A DNA stretch of 63,482 nucleotides, filler included, from Reticulomyxa filosa (GCA_000512085.1; 12 parts of 12 records of this genome joined end to end with filler, not necessarily neighbours in it); one strand, 5' to 3'. Shown: positions 1-12,794, counted from the whole stretch's first letter. The notes: a model not told the origin generated them from the letters alone. Numbers and translations are program-made.

Positions 1-1160
1 TTTTTTTATGCGTTAGTAATTGTAATTTAAAAAAATTTGAAAAGCAACAAAGATACCTGTAAGAAACAATCGAAAAATGTTTTGTGCAAGACTTGCAATA
101 CACTTAATGATGATATACATTCGAAAAAACAGATAAATCACTACGCTAAAAAAATGGAAATACAATAATAACAGGCTCTGCTGATTGCGAAATTCGAATT
201 TGGAGATAAAAATATGTAAATAAACAATAAACCTTTTTGAATAATTTCTGAAGTGAATTTGTGTAAAAAAGAAATGCACACTAATATGTTGAGCTTTGAT
301 TCCTTAATTGCCTAGAGCATTTGGATAACTTTTTGCTAAAAATTTCATCGAATATCCGTTTATCTCAAAAAATTTGATTACTTTCATTTTAACATTTTGT
401 CTCTTTTTGTTAACCCATTTTCTTGGCAACGTACAACTTTCGTACTGCAAATGAAAAATGGTTTTATTTTTAGATTTAACTATAAAAGTAGAAAACGCCA
501 AGAAGTTTTGTTGATTTTTATCGAAAATTTTTGCTTCTAAATGAATAAAGGACAGTATATTGTTCAATTGATTTGTATATTTCTCCGAGTGTTTTTGTTT
601 TAAAAACGTTTTTAACGTTTTCATTTCTGTTGTTTCAGTTTAATTTTATTAAATTTTTAGAATATTCCAATTTTTTTGGAGTAGAAAATTGGACAAAAAT
701 TCTACTTTTACAAAATTGTTATTACCAAAGAACAAAATAATTACGAATATTATCTATTTTTTCAATTAATTGAATAAATTAATCGCCACATAAAAACGTT
801 TTATATCGTGTAACAACATCAAAATTTGTTGGATACGAAAATAAAAAAGTGTAATTCAAGTGAGCATAGAAGACATTTATTTTTACAATTGAATTTTATC
901 GTAGTATTTCGTTTGTTTCAAACTGAAATGTACATTATTCCTTTGGTGTTATGTATAATTTTGTGAAAGTTAATCCTAAGTGTATTAAAGAAAATCTCAA
1001 AACTTTTTTTATTCCGTCTTAATATAATTCATTGAAGTGCCATCAATTTCATCATTAAAACATTGAAGATATTTATAAAGTAGAATTACAAATTAATGTA
1101 CTTGACCAAAGGGCACGTTTTGTTGGAGGAGGAAAACTCAAGTTCATTTTAATTCTTGAA

Positions 1161-2660
1161 ATGTTATCATACAAAGCAACTGTAAACGATGGCATAGAAG
1201 TGCATACAATAATACTCACAGAATTGACAATAGAGCACTTGAAACAACAGATCGCTCAAATCACTCAACTGATTCATGTAGACGGCACGTTGATTGTGAT
1301 TACGGACGAAAAAGGTCGTCATATTGCAACAGATGAAAATGTAGTTAATGCGTTTGCAGACGATACTGTGTCTTTTCATCTTCAATTTCAGCCGAGTTAC
1401 TAAAATTTTCAAATGATTTTAGTTTTTAATGCAATATGAAAACAATTTATATATTAATAAATAGAAGAAAGCTCAAACAATAACGAAATTGAAAAAAAAG
1501 ATGAAAAAGATAAGAACATCATTTTAGAAACTCTGGACTTTACGAAGCATTCAAATAAAAATTGGAGGAGAGAAAATGTAAAAGCAGCAAAAATGGTTGA
1601 AGAAATGATAACTAAAAATGAACAAGGATTAATTATTGTTGATACAAAAAAGAAATTTGGAAGATATTGTAAATCAACAATGAAAGGAGCAACAATTGTT
1701 TTGAAAGATATGAATATTGATGGAAATGTATATGTTGTGGATTGTAAATTACAATGTGAAGGAAAAGTGTCAATTACAACGCAGTTATTTGTTACAAAGA
1801 ATGCAATTATTGATCAGCAGTTGAAACAATCTATTTCTCCAATTCAATGGAATAGCAAGATACATTATGATATTCCAATGAGACTCCAAGATCTCGAATA
1901 TAAAGCAGAAGAGAGTCGAAATAAAAAATTGCTCAACGAATCTCTTATTTTTTTGCAAACGTATTTACAAATTTCAACAGATAATTTTGGACCAAATCAT
2001 TCGTACACTATTATTGCTTATAATCTTATTGGACGTATCTATACCAATAAAAGTGAATATGATAAAGCAATCAACACCTTTGAAAAAGCCTTGAAAATCA
2101 TATCCAGTCTTTTTGGGCTTAATTGTATTTTTGGTGCACAATTGTATTACAATTTAGCAAATCCATATATTCAAAAAAAAGACTATGACAAAGCAATATC
2201 ATATTATGAAAAATCATTGTGCATTTGTTACAAATTTTTTGGAGACTGTCACAGTCAAATTTCTCGTTTATACAATACTTTAGGACTTTCCTTTATTAAG
2301 AAAGAGAATTATAACAAAGCTATTGACTATTTCGAAAAGTCATTGACAATCAAATTAGAAATATTTGGAGCCAGTCATATTGGTGTCACAAACTTGTACC
2401 ACAACTTGGGATTTTGTTATACTCGTAGACAAGAATATGATAAAGCAATTGAATGCTTTGGAAAGGCATTAAAGATAAAAAAGGAGATATTTGGAAATAA
2501 AGATCTATCGCTCGGTGAGATATATTGTTCATTGGGATTGTCGTTTCAAGCAAAAGCATATATCGACACAGCATGTCAACAGTTTGAAGAAGCATATAAA
2601 GTGTACAGTGTAGCATTGGGAGAACCACATCCAAAAACATTGAAAGCAAAAAAAAGGTAA
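1161..2660 (+). CDS. TPR-repeat protein (kinesin-light-chain/TPR_12-like) with a small N-terminal PB1/ubiquitin-like domain; 2 exons (1161-1395, 1465-2660)
   Basis: A GT..AG intron at 1396-1464 (69 nt) joins ORF 1161 in frame to ORF 1593. There are about five 42-aa repeats of the type 'YNNLGxxYxxKxEYDKAIxYFEKSLxIKxxIFGxxHxxV'. The N-terminal domain assignment is inference. Confidence 0.85.
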
Positions 2661-3479
2661 AAAAATTGAGCAAAGGATTTCTATGAGCATGGACATTTTA
2701 TTAATGAAAAAGAGACAGATCAAGCTATTCTTTTTTTTTCTTGTAACTTTTCTTTTTATTAAAAAATTTTTACAAAAGAGAAGATGGATAAAAAAAAAAG
2801 ACATTTGCTACAATTAATTCTTAAAATTAAATCGTGAAGGAAAAAGATTAAAGTATTATACAAAAAATTAATCTTGCCAAATACATTATTTGTTAAATCC
2901 ATACAAACGCAAAATTGAAAATCTGTAATTTTTTTTTTTGATTGTCTTAAAGAGAGTTTTTCAAAGAAGAGTTGGAAGCATTCACCTTAAACAAAAAAAG
3001 CTTGAGTGCTTAATAGAACATCTTCAAGAATCATTCAACACATTGAAAAAGGATTGCCTCAAAGACATGGAATTTGTGTAAGTAAAGCATTCACAAAGCA
3101 ACTATGGTTCTGGGTTCCATAATAGAATAAAAAATTTAATATAACAACCAAGGATGCCAAAAACATCTGTTAATAAAATTCTTTATTATTACTTGTTTTC
3201 AACATAGTATTCTTTTTGTTTCTGCTGCAGTTATATTCCATTCACAAACTAATTAACATTCACCTTTCATGATCCTTCGAAATATTTTTGTATTGTATCT
3301 TATTCCAAATAAATGTAGTAAAATCATTAAGAATTTTTAAAAAATTCAATTGCATCAATGTCCTCCTTTATCACATAAATTATGACAGAATAAATAAAGC
3401 AATGTTATCATTTATAAAAATAAATGTTTTCCTTTTTTTAAAAAGGTTAAATTTTGAAATTGAAATAGCAAAACAAGAA

Positions 3480-3717
3480 TGGAATTGAATATATTGAATG
3501 GACATTTAGACGGTGTGAATGATATAAAATGTTTTCCAGATGGTCGAACAATTGTATATGTTCAAGTGACAGAACAACTCGATTTTGGAACGTAGAATCA
3601 GCAAAGGAAATACAAAAGTTGGAAGGGCGTCATTATATGTCATATATAGACGCTTCTCAAGACAGTAGTACAATTGCAGTGAGTGCCTTTCGCAAAATTG
3701 AAATTTGGGGATTATAA
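3480..3717 (+). pseudogene. WD40 gene remnant
   Basis: Reads LNGHLDGVNDIKCFPDGRTIV, then a 1-nt deletion (GTA TA TGT where GTA TCA TGT is expected), then CSSDRTTRFWNVESAKEIQKLEG...KIEIWGL*. No intact upstream exons were seen. Confidence 0.65.
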
Positions 3718-4096
3718 ATTTCATACAAATAGATAACATTTTTTTAAAAGATGCAAGAAGTAAATAGACTGTTTTGTTGAAACTATTACAATTTCAAACA
3801 TGTAAATTATTTCTGTTTTTATTTTCAATGCAATAACAAACTTGAGTTTTCACATTTACAATACCCTTTCTAAGATTAAATATACTCAATTCGCTGTAAT
3901 TCGCTATGTCCAGTGCAAAAAACTACAATGCAAAGTAATTTTAGTTTTTTTATTCGAGGGAATCAACAATACGGTATCAGAAAATAAAAGTAAAGGGCTT
4001 TGACAATATTTTTTTTAAAAAAAAGCAGTAAATGCGCTGCGCACTGCAAGTATGACATCTGTTTATCTGATGTATCAGAGATTATAATTCGAGTAT

Positions 4097-4196
4097 NNNN
4101 NNNNNNNNNNNNNNNNNNNNNNNNNNNNNNNNNNNNNNNNTTAATTAATTAANNNNNNNNNNNNNNNNNNNNNNNNNNNNNNNNNNNNNNNNNNNN
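4097..4196. other. Artificial contig linker (N44-TTAATTAATTAA-N44)
   Basis: The same 100-nt spacer, which stops all six frames, also occurs at 6315-6414, 9913-10012, 13409-13508, 15570-15669, 33357-33456, 43820-43919, 46059-46158, 51002-51101, 55024-55123 and 62323-62422. Confidence 0.98.
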
Positions 4197-4255
<59 letters not shown>

Positions 4256-4309
4256 GTGTTTTTGTGATTTGTTTTTTTTTTAGGCTTTTTGGTCGGCTTG
4301 TCATTGTTA

Positions 4310-4356
<47 letters not shown>

Positions 4357-4357
4357 G
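4197..4357. repeat. (TAT/ATT)n microsatellites encoding poly-Asn
   Basis: Visible trinucleotide runs. Similar tracts occur at 46159-46203, 48814-48878 and 49517-49640. Confidence 0.95.
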
Positions 4358-5085
4358 CTATCAGTATTGTGCTTGTGATTAGACTTATGCTTTTTTTTTC
4401 TCTTTTTCTTATGCTTGGTATCTTTTGCTGCATTGGTTGCAACGACGGGGGACGGCTGTGGAGGGTTGTTTTCGTCCACACTCGCAATGTCAATGTCCAA
4501 GTCATTACTCAAGACTGCGTCCATGTTACTCACTTCGGTCTGATGTCGCATATACTTTTGTGACAGTTCCACTGACTTGCGTTGAGCCAAGTGCTCGATG
4601 CGCGCTTTTTCTGCCTTGTCTGAAAGCTCACTTATCGTTCGGTTAAACGAGCGTCGCGCTTGTATGCGCTCTGGGTCATTTTCATTCACTCTAGTGTTAC
4701 CCTCGATTGGCGACCCTTTTGCTTGTCTGGACTCGCTTGCTTCTCTTCCCTTGCTTTCATTCGCATTTGCTTCCTTCCAATCCTTCTCTTGTAGCATCGC
4801 CACTGATTTCAATGTTCCTTCATTTGGACCTTGCTCAACTGCACACAACAACACATTCCATATTTTCATGCAAACTAACTTCACGTGCAAACGTCTCTTC
4901 TCCACGCCCTCTCCTTTTTAGTGCTACTGTTTCTATATTGTTGCAACTCAAAATTGCACTTTAACTCCCTTCATTTATCGTCCGAAGTATATTGCCCTTG
5001 CTATCTCTTGATTCTGTTTCATTCAAAGGCTTAAAAATTTTATGCAGGTCGTCTGCAGGTACTTGACTTCGCTGCTGATATGACA
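4197..5085 (-). CDS. Hypothetical charged/coiled-coil protein with Lys/His-rich and poly-Asn tail, 3'-truncated
   Basis: Probable first exon MSYQQRSQVPADDLHKIFKPLNE..., then short introns, then ORF 4141..4905. It runs into an (AAT)n tract at the contig end. Confidence 0.5.
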
Positions 5086-5663
5086 TTCTTCAACTTTTTT
5101 CAATGGTTCAAGGTGGCCTGTCCGTACTTCGAGTCTTTTAAACACCATTAATTTTTTTAACAAAGTCAAGAAAAGACAGATAAACATGCGTCGTTTTGCA
5201 AAAAAAAAAGGCTCAGCTGTTATTAAAGCTTTTGTTTATCTCTCAGCATATGAACCGCTTAAAATATAAGAGGATGTAAAAGAAAATGTGACCAAGCATC
5301 ACAAAATCGGGTAAATTACATTGTTATCTTCTCTCCAAAAACTTATTCGATTATAGACCTTTACCAACTTTGCTTGTTTGAGTTCGTTCCCTTTTTCAGC
5401 TCCAAATTTTATGTGCAAAAATGCTTATGAAGCAAACGTACAAGCCGAATAAAATATGCGGAAAATTACATTGGATTTTATCACATAAAATTGGTGCATC
5501 ATTTTGTCCATTATGGACTATGATGTAAGATTTAAATTGCATCACGAATTACAAAACAAGAAAAAAAAGGAAAACAAAGAAAAATAAGTTTTTGTAATTT
5601 TGCGTGTTAAAAATTTTACTTTCTTTGATATTCGTAACACGATAAAAAATTGACGAATATTCT

Positions 5664-6290
5664 TTAACAGCAGGCATCAAACCATAACCATATCTGATCA
5701 AAACAAAGCGCAGAAAAAAAAAATATGTACAACATAAAAAAAATAAATACAAATAAATAAAACGTACACTCCAGCAATGGTAATCCAACATTGAATTACA
5801 AGAGCAATAATAATCGTGGTTATAGCAGAAGCAATGGCAACCACAATCACCACAAATGAAAGCCCAGCAGTTGCAATCAGGGCCACATAACCCAAAGCAA
5901 GAATTACCACAAGTAGAACTACGGTCTTCAATTTCACAAGTACAATTGGAATAGCGATCACAAGGACCATATCTAAATTTTGCATCTAATAATCCGTAGT
6001 TTTTACCTTCAAACCATAATAAAGATTCATGTTTAGGTTTTTTTTTTTCTTCAAAGATTTTGGCATTAATTTCAGTAACCAAAGCAGCCATTTCGGTAGT
6101 GAATCGTTTTGATTGATCACGTTGTTTAGCTAAAGTATGAGCAATGCTATGAAAGCCTTTAATAACAGGAGCAGATTGGCCAGTCAAACCAGTTTGAGCC
6201 AATTTTAATGAGATCAAATAGGTGTCTGCTAACAATTCACTTGCCATGTATTTTTTAAAGGCATCAAAAGCATCGGTTACGGTTTCTTGT
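5664..6290 (-). CDS. Cys-rich protein with a PLA2-like CxxHDxxC motif, 5'-truncated
   Basis: ORF 5549..6247 contains 'CGNSCFGLCGPDCNCWAFICGDCGCHCFCYNHDYYCSC'. An intron probably follows HCWS (GT at about 5766), with a short last exon. The ends are approximate. Confidence 0.6.
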
Positions 6291-6580
6291 CTATTATTAT
6301 ACGTTTTTTTTTTTNNNNNNNNNNNNNNNNNNNNNNNNNNNNNNNNNNNNNNNNNNNNTTAATTAATTAANNNNNNNNNNNNNNNNNNNNNNNNNNNNNN
6401 NNNNNNNNNNNNNNAAATGATACGCATTCTCGCAAAATTTTCAAAAATCATTTGAAAGAATGTTGATTTCATCCAACAAAAAAAAAAGATATTAAAAAAC
6501 AAATTTCATATTTAAAAACTACAAAATTTGTAGATATTTTTTTAAAAAAAATTAGGTATAAATGTTGATTTTTCATGGAC

Positions 6581-6641
6581 AAAATCAATTATCATCATAT
6601 GATATCTTTTAGGCGTTTAGTTTTCTTTGCAACCTACTGTA
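6581..6641 (-). repeat. Dispersed ~61-bp repeat copy 1; candidate Tc1/mariner-like terminal sequence
   Basis: Near-identical to 10015-10076. The reverse complement begins TA-CAGTAGGTTGCAAAGAAA. Confidence 0.6.
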
Positions 6642-8422
6642 TGAGCCGAAATGAATTGAAAATTTGATAAAATCGTTGATGTCCTCGTTGTTATTTTGAG
6701 GAAATAACGACAACGGCAGAGAAGGCTCAAGCATGAAACAAGAGAATTGCAAATGTTTTTGCGTGGATATGTTTTTTTGTTAACGGCTTTCCACTCTTGT
6801 TTCTGAGCGTGTTCTGCAAAACAAATATTAATAAAGAAAAAATTAAGAAAATTGTGGAGCTCCACATTCACTTTCTCTATTAAAGTAAAAATACATAAAA
6901 AAACAATTGAACCATTCTTAGAAAAATTCCTTCCACCAAAGAATAAGATATTCACTATTTTATGTTTCAAATATTTTTTATTGTTATTCATCACTTTTAT
7001 TCATTAGCATAAACTTTGAGTTACGTTTTTTGCTTAACAAAAGCATCTATTTTCGTGGAAAGATCAAAACAAAACTTGGATCACTTGCAAGACGCTTTGT
7101 CAGTCAATTTTTCTATGTTTAAATAATATCAAAATTAATATTTGCAAAAATCAAATAACAATAAATTGTACTTTATATATGTGGTGACAAAATTACTCCA
7201 ATATTAAAATGATCAAATTTCTATTTGAAAGAATCGAGCAATTAACAAAAAATTGTATATATTTTCAAAAGGGTGTGAATGAAATGATGATATTTCACCA
7301 TTTTGTCAACAAGCAAATAATTCTTTTTAACTACTTTAAAAGGAATGTAAAAAATGTTGAAAATAAATTAAAGGTTTTCGATCATTATATCATAAAAAAT
7401 TTGAATAAAAAAAGAAACAAATACAAACAAAAAAATGCTTTTAATAATGACAATTTTTTTATAATATGATTAAATGAAATTTTTTTAAGTTCAAAAAATG
7501 AATTTTTAGATAGATTTTCCCTCATTTTTTAATTAGTTAATATGTTAAGTATTGTAGCGTTGTTGTGTGATATCAATTTTGATAGTTATAACAAATCTGG
7601 AATTATTTGCGTTATTGTGTTGGCGATATTTTTTATTTGATTATGTTAGTTGTTCCACTAACAAGTTAATTATATATATCTTTTTTTTTTCATTTAAATA
7701 TTTTATTGTTGTTTTTTTTAGGGATGACCGTTTTGGTCCGTGAACAGCGTATTGGCAATTCTAATTATTCAAGATATTCCAAATATCCAAACTCTTCTAA
7801 CTCTTATAACTCTTCAAGCTTTTACAACTATTCCAACAACACATAGAACAACTTTTAACGTCAATAAGTTTTCGAGATTTTGAACTGTATGCAAAAAAAT
7901 CGAACAAGATTACCTAAGAACTTATATTTTTTAATTTATTTGCAAGAGTTTTTTTTCATTTTGTTTGTCTCTTACTTTCAATATAATAAATTTTATTTTG
8001 CTCTTTTTCCAGTTCAATATGGTTTTGTTGAACATTTGGATTTCAACTTCTTTTTTTTTTTTATGTCTTTTTGCTTTATCTTCGAGAAAATGAAAGACAT
8101 CACATTCGTTTAATTTTTTTTTTTTAAAAAAAGGAAAAGTGTAGTTAAAAACAAATTTGGCAATTAAGAGTTACGTTCCCCTTTGTAAGTTTATAGCAAA
8201 ATTCTGTTTGTCAATATCAAATTGCAACTATAGTTAAGCTGCACTTTCATTACTGCCCTTGTGATACTGTTCTATACAAACTTTTTTACATCATCTCTTA
8301 AGCTACTTCAGTTTCACATTGCAAAAAAAATTGCAAATGAGTTGATATTACACTTTCATACTGAATCAAGCAGTGAAATACATTTTAACAACGTACGAGT
8401 AAACAATTATAAGAAAAACAAT

Positions 8423-8830
8423 TCAATCAGAAATTTTTGAATTTCTTTTTGTCTCTTTATCAAAAAGTTCTACAATATAAGCAATGTATTTTTCAAACTG
8501 CTCTTCTGCTTCTTCTTCGAGTCGCTTTCGTAACAATTTGTCATACAATGAGTCAAACAACTCTTTTTCTAAATTTAGACACTTATCTTGGATTTGGTCT
8601 AATTTTTTCTTCATTTCATTTTGTAATGCATCTGTTTCTTCCACAGTTTGACATTCGTCAATTATTTCAGCACACTTGTACAGTGTTTCTTTTCGAATTT
8701 TTTCGTGTTGTGATGCAATAATTGTTCGTGAACGGACAAACTCTTTCCACAACTTTACGTCTGCTTGCAGTTCACGTAATTGAGCTCGTGAAACAAGAGA
8801 AGGTTTAAACCAAAACTCATTTGGTGTATC
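8423..8830 (-). CDS. Hypothetical helical/coiled-coil protein (last exon)
   Basis: The frame is open from an AG at about 8831: DTPNEFWFKPSLVSRAQLRELQADVKLWKEF...KISD*. Upstream exons are uncertain. Confidence 0.45.
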   Translation of the reverse strand, partial: DTPNEFWFKPSLVSRAQLRELQADVKLWKEFVRSRTIIASQHEKIRKETLYKCAEIIDECQTVEETDALQNEMKKKLDQIQDKCLNLEKELFDSLYDKLLRKRLEEEAEEQFEKYIAYIVELFDKETKRNSKISD

Positions 8831-9585
8831 TAATTAACACGAGCACGAATTATTTTTTGATCACTCACTTTCAGTTTTTTTTTTTTGCAGCATAAGTATT
8901 AGCCTGTTGGTAAAAAACAAACCGTTCATAGTACGAAATTATCCTTTGATATTGTGTAAAATTGATTTGCTCAAAGCTCTCTTCATATGATATTGTTTAT
9001 GAGAAAATAAGTTTGAGGCAATTTTTAGAAAGAAAATGCTTTTTGAACTCATAAATCAATATAAACGAATTTTTTGTGTACGTATTTAAATTCTCTTTTT
9101 TTTTTTAAGATTCTGTGAAGATTTATTCAAAATCCCTCATCAAATACTGAACTAAACAAGCAAGCTTTTAAAACTGGGTCCTACTTTATTCAATCACAAA
9201 AAAATTTTTTCTTTTACCAAATTTGATATTATCTATTCAAAAAAGAGGAGATATATTATCGCATGACTCTTTTTTTCGACCTTTGTTAATCATTTTTTGA
9301 ACTGGCTCAGTTAATATTGAGTGAATATATTGGCTATATTTATTGAATCCCAATCAGAGTGTTTTAATCTTGTGATATGGATGGAATATCTTACAAAAAA
9401 CAGGACAAGCCAATTGCACACAGCCCGACAAAAAAAAGAAGGATAAAAAAAAAAGGGGATGTTCAAAAGCGCAAACACAGTCACAAAAAAAAGAACGAAA
9501 AGAAAAATGATAGCCAATAAAGCAAAACACAACAAACGCAGTAAAATAATAATGGAGGAAAAAAAAACAAAACAAAACAATGAAA

Positions 9586-9900
9586 TCAACTTTGTTGTAC
9601 ATCGTCTATCTGACCATTGTTATTATTATCTTGGGGTTGTGATTCAACGTGACCGTTTGTTTGTGTGTCTGTTTGTTCTGGGTTACCTTTGTTTTTTTTC
9701 TCTTCGTTTTCATCGCCGTCATCATCTTCGTTATCCTCTTCCTCATCATCGTCTTCTTCTTCGTCATCGTCATCCTCCTCTCCTCCTTGTGCGTCTTCAT
9801 CGTCCTTTTCTTCTTGTTCATTGCCTTCTGCAATTGATTGTTCTTGTGATTGATTTGGATGTCTGTTCTTTTTCTTTTTGCTGTGGATTAGTGTTGTCAC
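9586..9900 (-). CDS. Acidic low-complexity C-terminus of a 5'-truncated gene
   Basis: Asp/Glu-rich ORF ending DDVQQS* near the contig edge. Confidence 0.45.
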   Translation of the reverse strand: MTTLIHSKKKKNRHPNQSQEQSIAEGNEQEEKDDEDAQGGEEDDDDEEEDDDEEEDNEDDDGDENEEKKNKGNPEQTDTQTNGHVESQPQDNNNNGQIDDVQQS

Positions 9901-10014
9901 ATCACATCACATNNNNNNNNNNNNNNNNNNNNNNNNNNNNNNNNNNNNNNNNNNNNTTAATTAATTAANNNNNNNNNNNNNNNNNNNNNNNNNNNNNNNN
10001 NNNNNNNNNNNNAG

Positions 10015-10076
10015 AAAATCAATTATCATCATAAGATATCGTTTTATGCGTTCAGATTTCTTTGCAACCTACTGTA
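10015..10076 (-). repeat. Dispersed ~61-bp repeat copy 2; candidate Tc1/mariner-like terminal sequence
   Basis: aaaatcaattatcatcataagatatc...tttctttgcaacctactgta. Similarity to copy 1 ends exactly at ...ctactgTA. Confidence 0.6.
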
Positions 10077-10932
10077 AAAGGTGATTTTTCAAATAGAAAG
10101 TTGATAGTCATATGACGCTATTTTTGTGTGTTATGAATTGTGATTCAATATTTTACAATAACTGTTACACCAAAATTAAAACAATGTAATTTGAAGTGAA
10201 CATGAAAAATTCAATGGAAGAAAGTAATGTATGAAATGACTTGATAAAATCATATACAATTATCATTTCCAGATTATAAGGATGCCAAGGAACTAGTTTT
10301 CAACGATTTGAATTCCAGCATTAAGTTAATTGTCAAATAAAATATTTTCTAACACGAACAAAATGACATGTCTCCACTGATAAAAATGATAAAGTGGATA
10401 CTATTATTGATATTTTGAAAAAGAACGCGAATTGAAAAAGATTAAAATAGAAATATTTATGAATTTAATGTTTATTGCCATTAACATTTTAACACTAGAA
10501 TAAAAATCAAGTTTGCAAATAAAGATAACCACAGTAACTTGTCAATTGTCGAACATTATTTATCGATATAATAGACATTCACAACAATTAAAAATTTTAA
10601 AAAATTACTGGACAAAGTTCCTCAGATAAACTATCGAGTTTGGAATTAAAAGAACGTAGCATCATTTGAACCTAGTCATAAATATCATACTATCTATGAT
10701 TATGGCAATAGTGATCCAACATTTAATAAGAATACTACAAAATTGTTTATTTTGAAAATACAAGCGTAAACTTTTTTTTATATTGTTACTCTTAAGAAAA
10801 AATTTAGTGACTATGAGTTTGAAGATTGATGTATAATAATTTGAACCTTTTTTTTAGAAAGGACGTATAACTCTCTTTTGCTTTCAAGTTCAAAAAATTC
10901 CAAAAAATATGTCATTAAAAAAGACAAACAAA

Positions 10933-12794
10933 TCAAATTCGGATTTGGTAATCCCCTCCATTGGTGACATATCTGACCCATTTAATCGATTTATACTGAA
11001 GTTTTTGTTCATGCACATTCAAAAATCGAACCTTGATTCCCGACGCAGGCCACATAGGAATGCTAAATTTAAGTTCAATTGGCGGACGTTGCCATGCTTT
11101 ATCTTGTATCAAATGTGCCAATTTCACCTCACCCCGAAATGTTGCAGATGCTCCTCCAGCCAGCCGAGAAATTTGCCATACCACTGAAGCTTTTGTCGGC
11201 TTGTATTCCCATTTTCCAGCTTATAAAAAAAATGTGATATATACACATACAAATATTTTGATTGTAACATAGGTGTTAAAATGCGAATATGCAGAATGAC
11301 GAAATGATAGTGTGACATGAAAAAATAAAATGACAAATGAAACTTGTGGTTTTAATATTGACGGAAGAAGTATGAGACGGGACAGGGACAATAACTCGAA
11401 CATCATTGGCTTGATAAGCAGTTTCAAACTTGGATTTGATGGTGATGTTGTACTCCACTCGATTTCTTCCTCTTTCATGAATTTCTTTTTGTACCATAAA
11501 AGGTAGCGTGATTTTATTGATTCGATAAGTCATCAATTCAAACTCACCATCAGGAGGCGTGAACATTATGGTTTTGTCCTGATCGTAACGTGTCAATCGT
11601 ACGGACTTGTGAAATGTCACATCTTGTAAATCTATTCCACTTCCGTTGTCCACCCTTTGTTGTTATTTTATTTCAATAAAAATGTGGCTTTATTGATTAT
11701 CGTTTAATTTCATGTGTTTGTTTAAGTATATATATGTACATACTTTTTCTTAGATCCCCTGGCTTCTTTTCTCTTTTGCATAGCAACTTTGTCATTCAAT
11801 CCAAATCGGCAAACAGGCATACCGCTCAAAGATGACTTCATGGCAATTTTGCCGTTGCAATAGGCACTAAGTTCTTTTCCTTGTTGGTTCACAATGACAT
11901 GTACATCTTCGATCACGTCTAAGTACACTTCGTTGGTTTGATACATAAATTTGCCTTCCGGTCGCCAATTGTTGGCTCCCGTTATTGTGCTTGTGACGTC
12001 GCGAGCATCACGAATCTCATCTACCGCGTTGTTACGAGAGGATGGCACTTCCTTCGCACTGCCTTGGTGAATGTACTGCTTCAGCAAATCCACGCTTACT
12101 ATTTGAGGATATCCATGGTCCATCACCTCATCTAACAGCTCGTACACGAGCACAAAGTTGCTTCGAAGAGCTTGTTCATTGAATGAGCCGTTAAAATATG
12201 TACTTTTTTTTTTTTTTTGGAATAATATGTCAATTGGTGCAAAGTCAACACCTTTTTTTTCTGCTCTTCTTTAACAACAAAAGTATACGTATTCATTATA
12301 AAAAAAAAAAAAAGACTATCAGGAAAAAAAGGGACATTGATAATAATAACTTTTTTTGTCTGCTTAAAAAAAAAAATGCCACTTAACTCTGAACACGTCC
12401 ACAAGTTCGTACAAGAATGCAAAAATCAAGTTTGCATTTGCATTTTTCCTTGTTAATGCGACAACTACCAAGTCATCATATTTTATAAACATAAACGACG
12501 AACGATCCAGCATCTTGTCAAATTCACATTCAATATACCTTATACAAATAAATATTATTTGCCAATTAGTTGTGTGTTTTTTTTTGCACGTACCACGACA
12601 GGTTGAGAATAATTTTTAGCCGCAACAATCTTCACACGAAATGCTTCAGCAGCTACACGACTTTGTTTTTGTTTTGCTGGTTCTGAACCTAGTTTTTTAG
12701 AGAAAGTCTAAATATCTTGCCTGTAGTCACTTTTGTAAAAACGCGAGAGTATCAATTCGGCCGCGGTATTAAAAAATAATACTCCTGAAATCAT
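10933..12794 (-). CDS. AP2M1: AP-2 adaptor complex subunit mu (about 6 exons)
   Basis: MISGVLFFNTAAELILSRFYKSDYSRVAAEAFRVKIV; NFVLVYELLDEVMDHGYPQ; NEVYLDVIE; LSGMPVCRFGLNDK; FTPPDGEFELMTYR; WQRPPIELKFSIPMWPASGIKVRFL; KWVRYVT..GDYQIRI*. These are the standard mu2 motifs. Confidence 0.93.

Noticed and set aside
13-624. ORFs 13..279 and 304..624
   Set aside because: No recognisable motifs; composition is what AT-rich non-coding or decayed DNA would give.
4141-4152. Recurrent TTAATTAATTAA palindrome as a biological repeat or CRISPR-like element
   Set aside because: It is always centred in identical N44 flanks, so it is a synthetic contig joiner. ORFs ending 'XXXLIN' are artefacts, and gene adjacency across linkers is meaningless.
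4149-4563. Poly-Ile ORFs, and similar ORFs at 48658-48956, 49313-49738 and the FTFT/LHLH stretches at 55614-55713
   Set aside because: These are alternative-frame or antisense readings of microsatellites.
12203-12390. Non-canonical splice site in AP2M1 intron 3
   Set aside because: The best-homology junction is off by 1 nt, but an alternative GT donor (giving FRVNTYF) or an indel error explains it. It cannot be resolved without transcripts.
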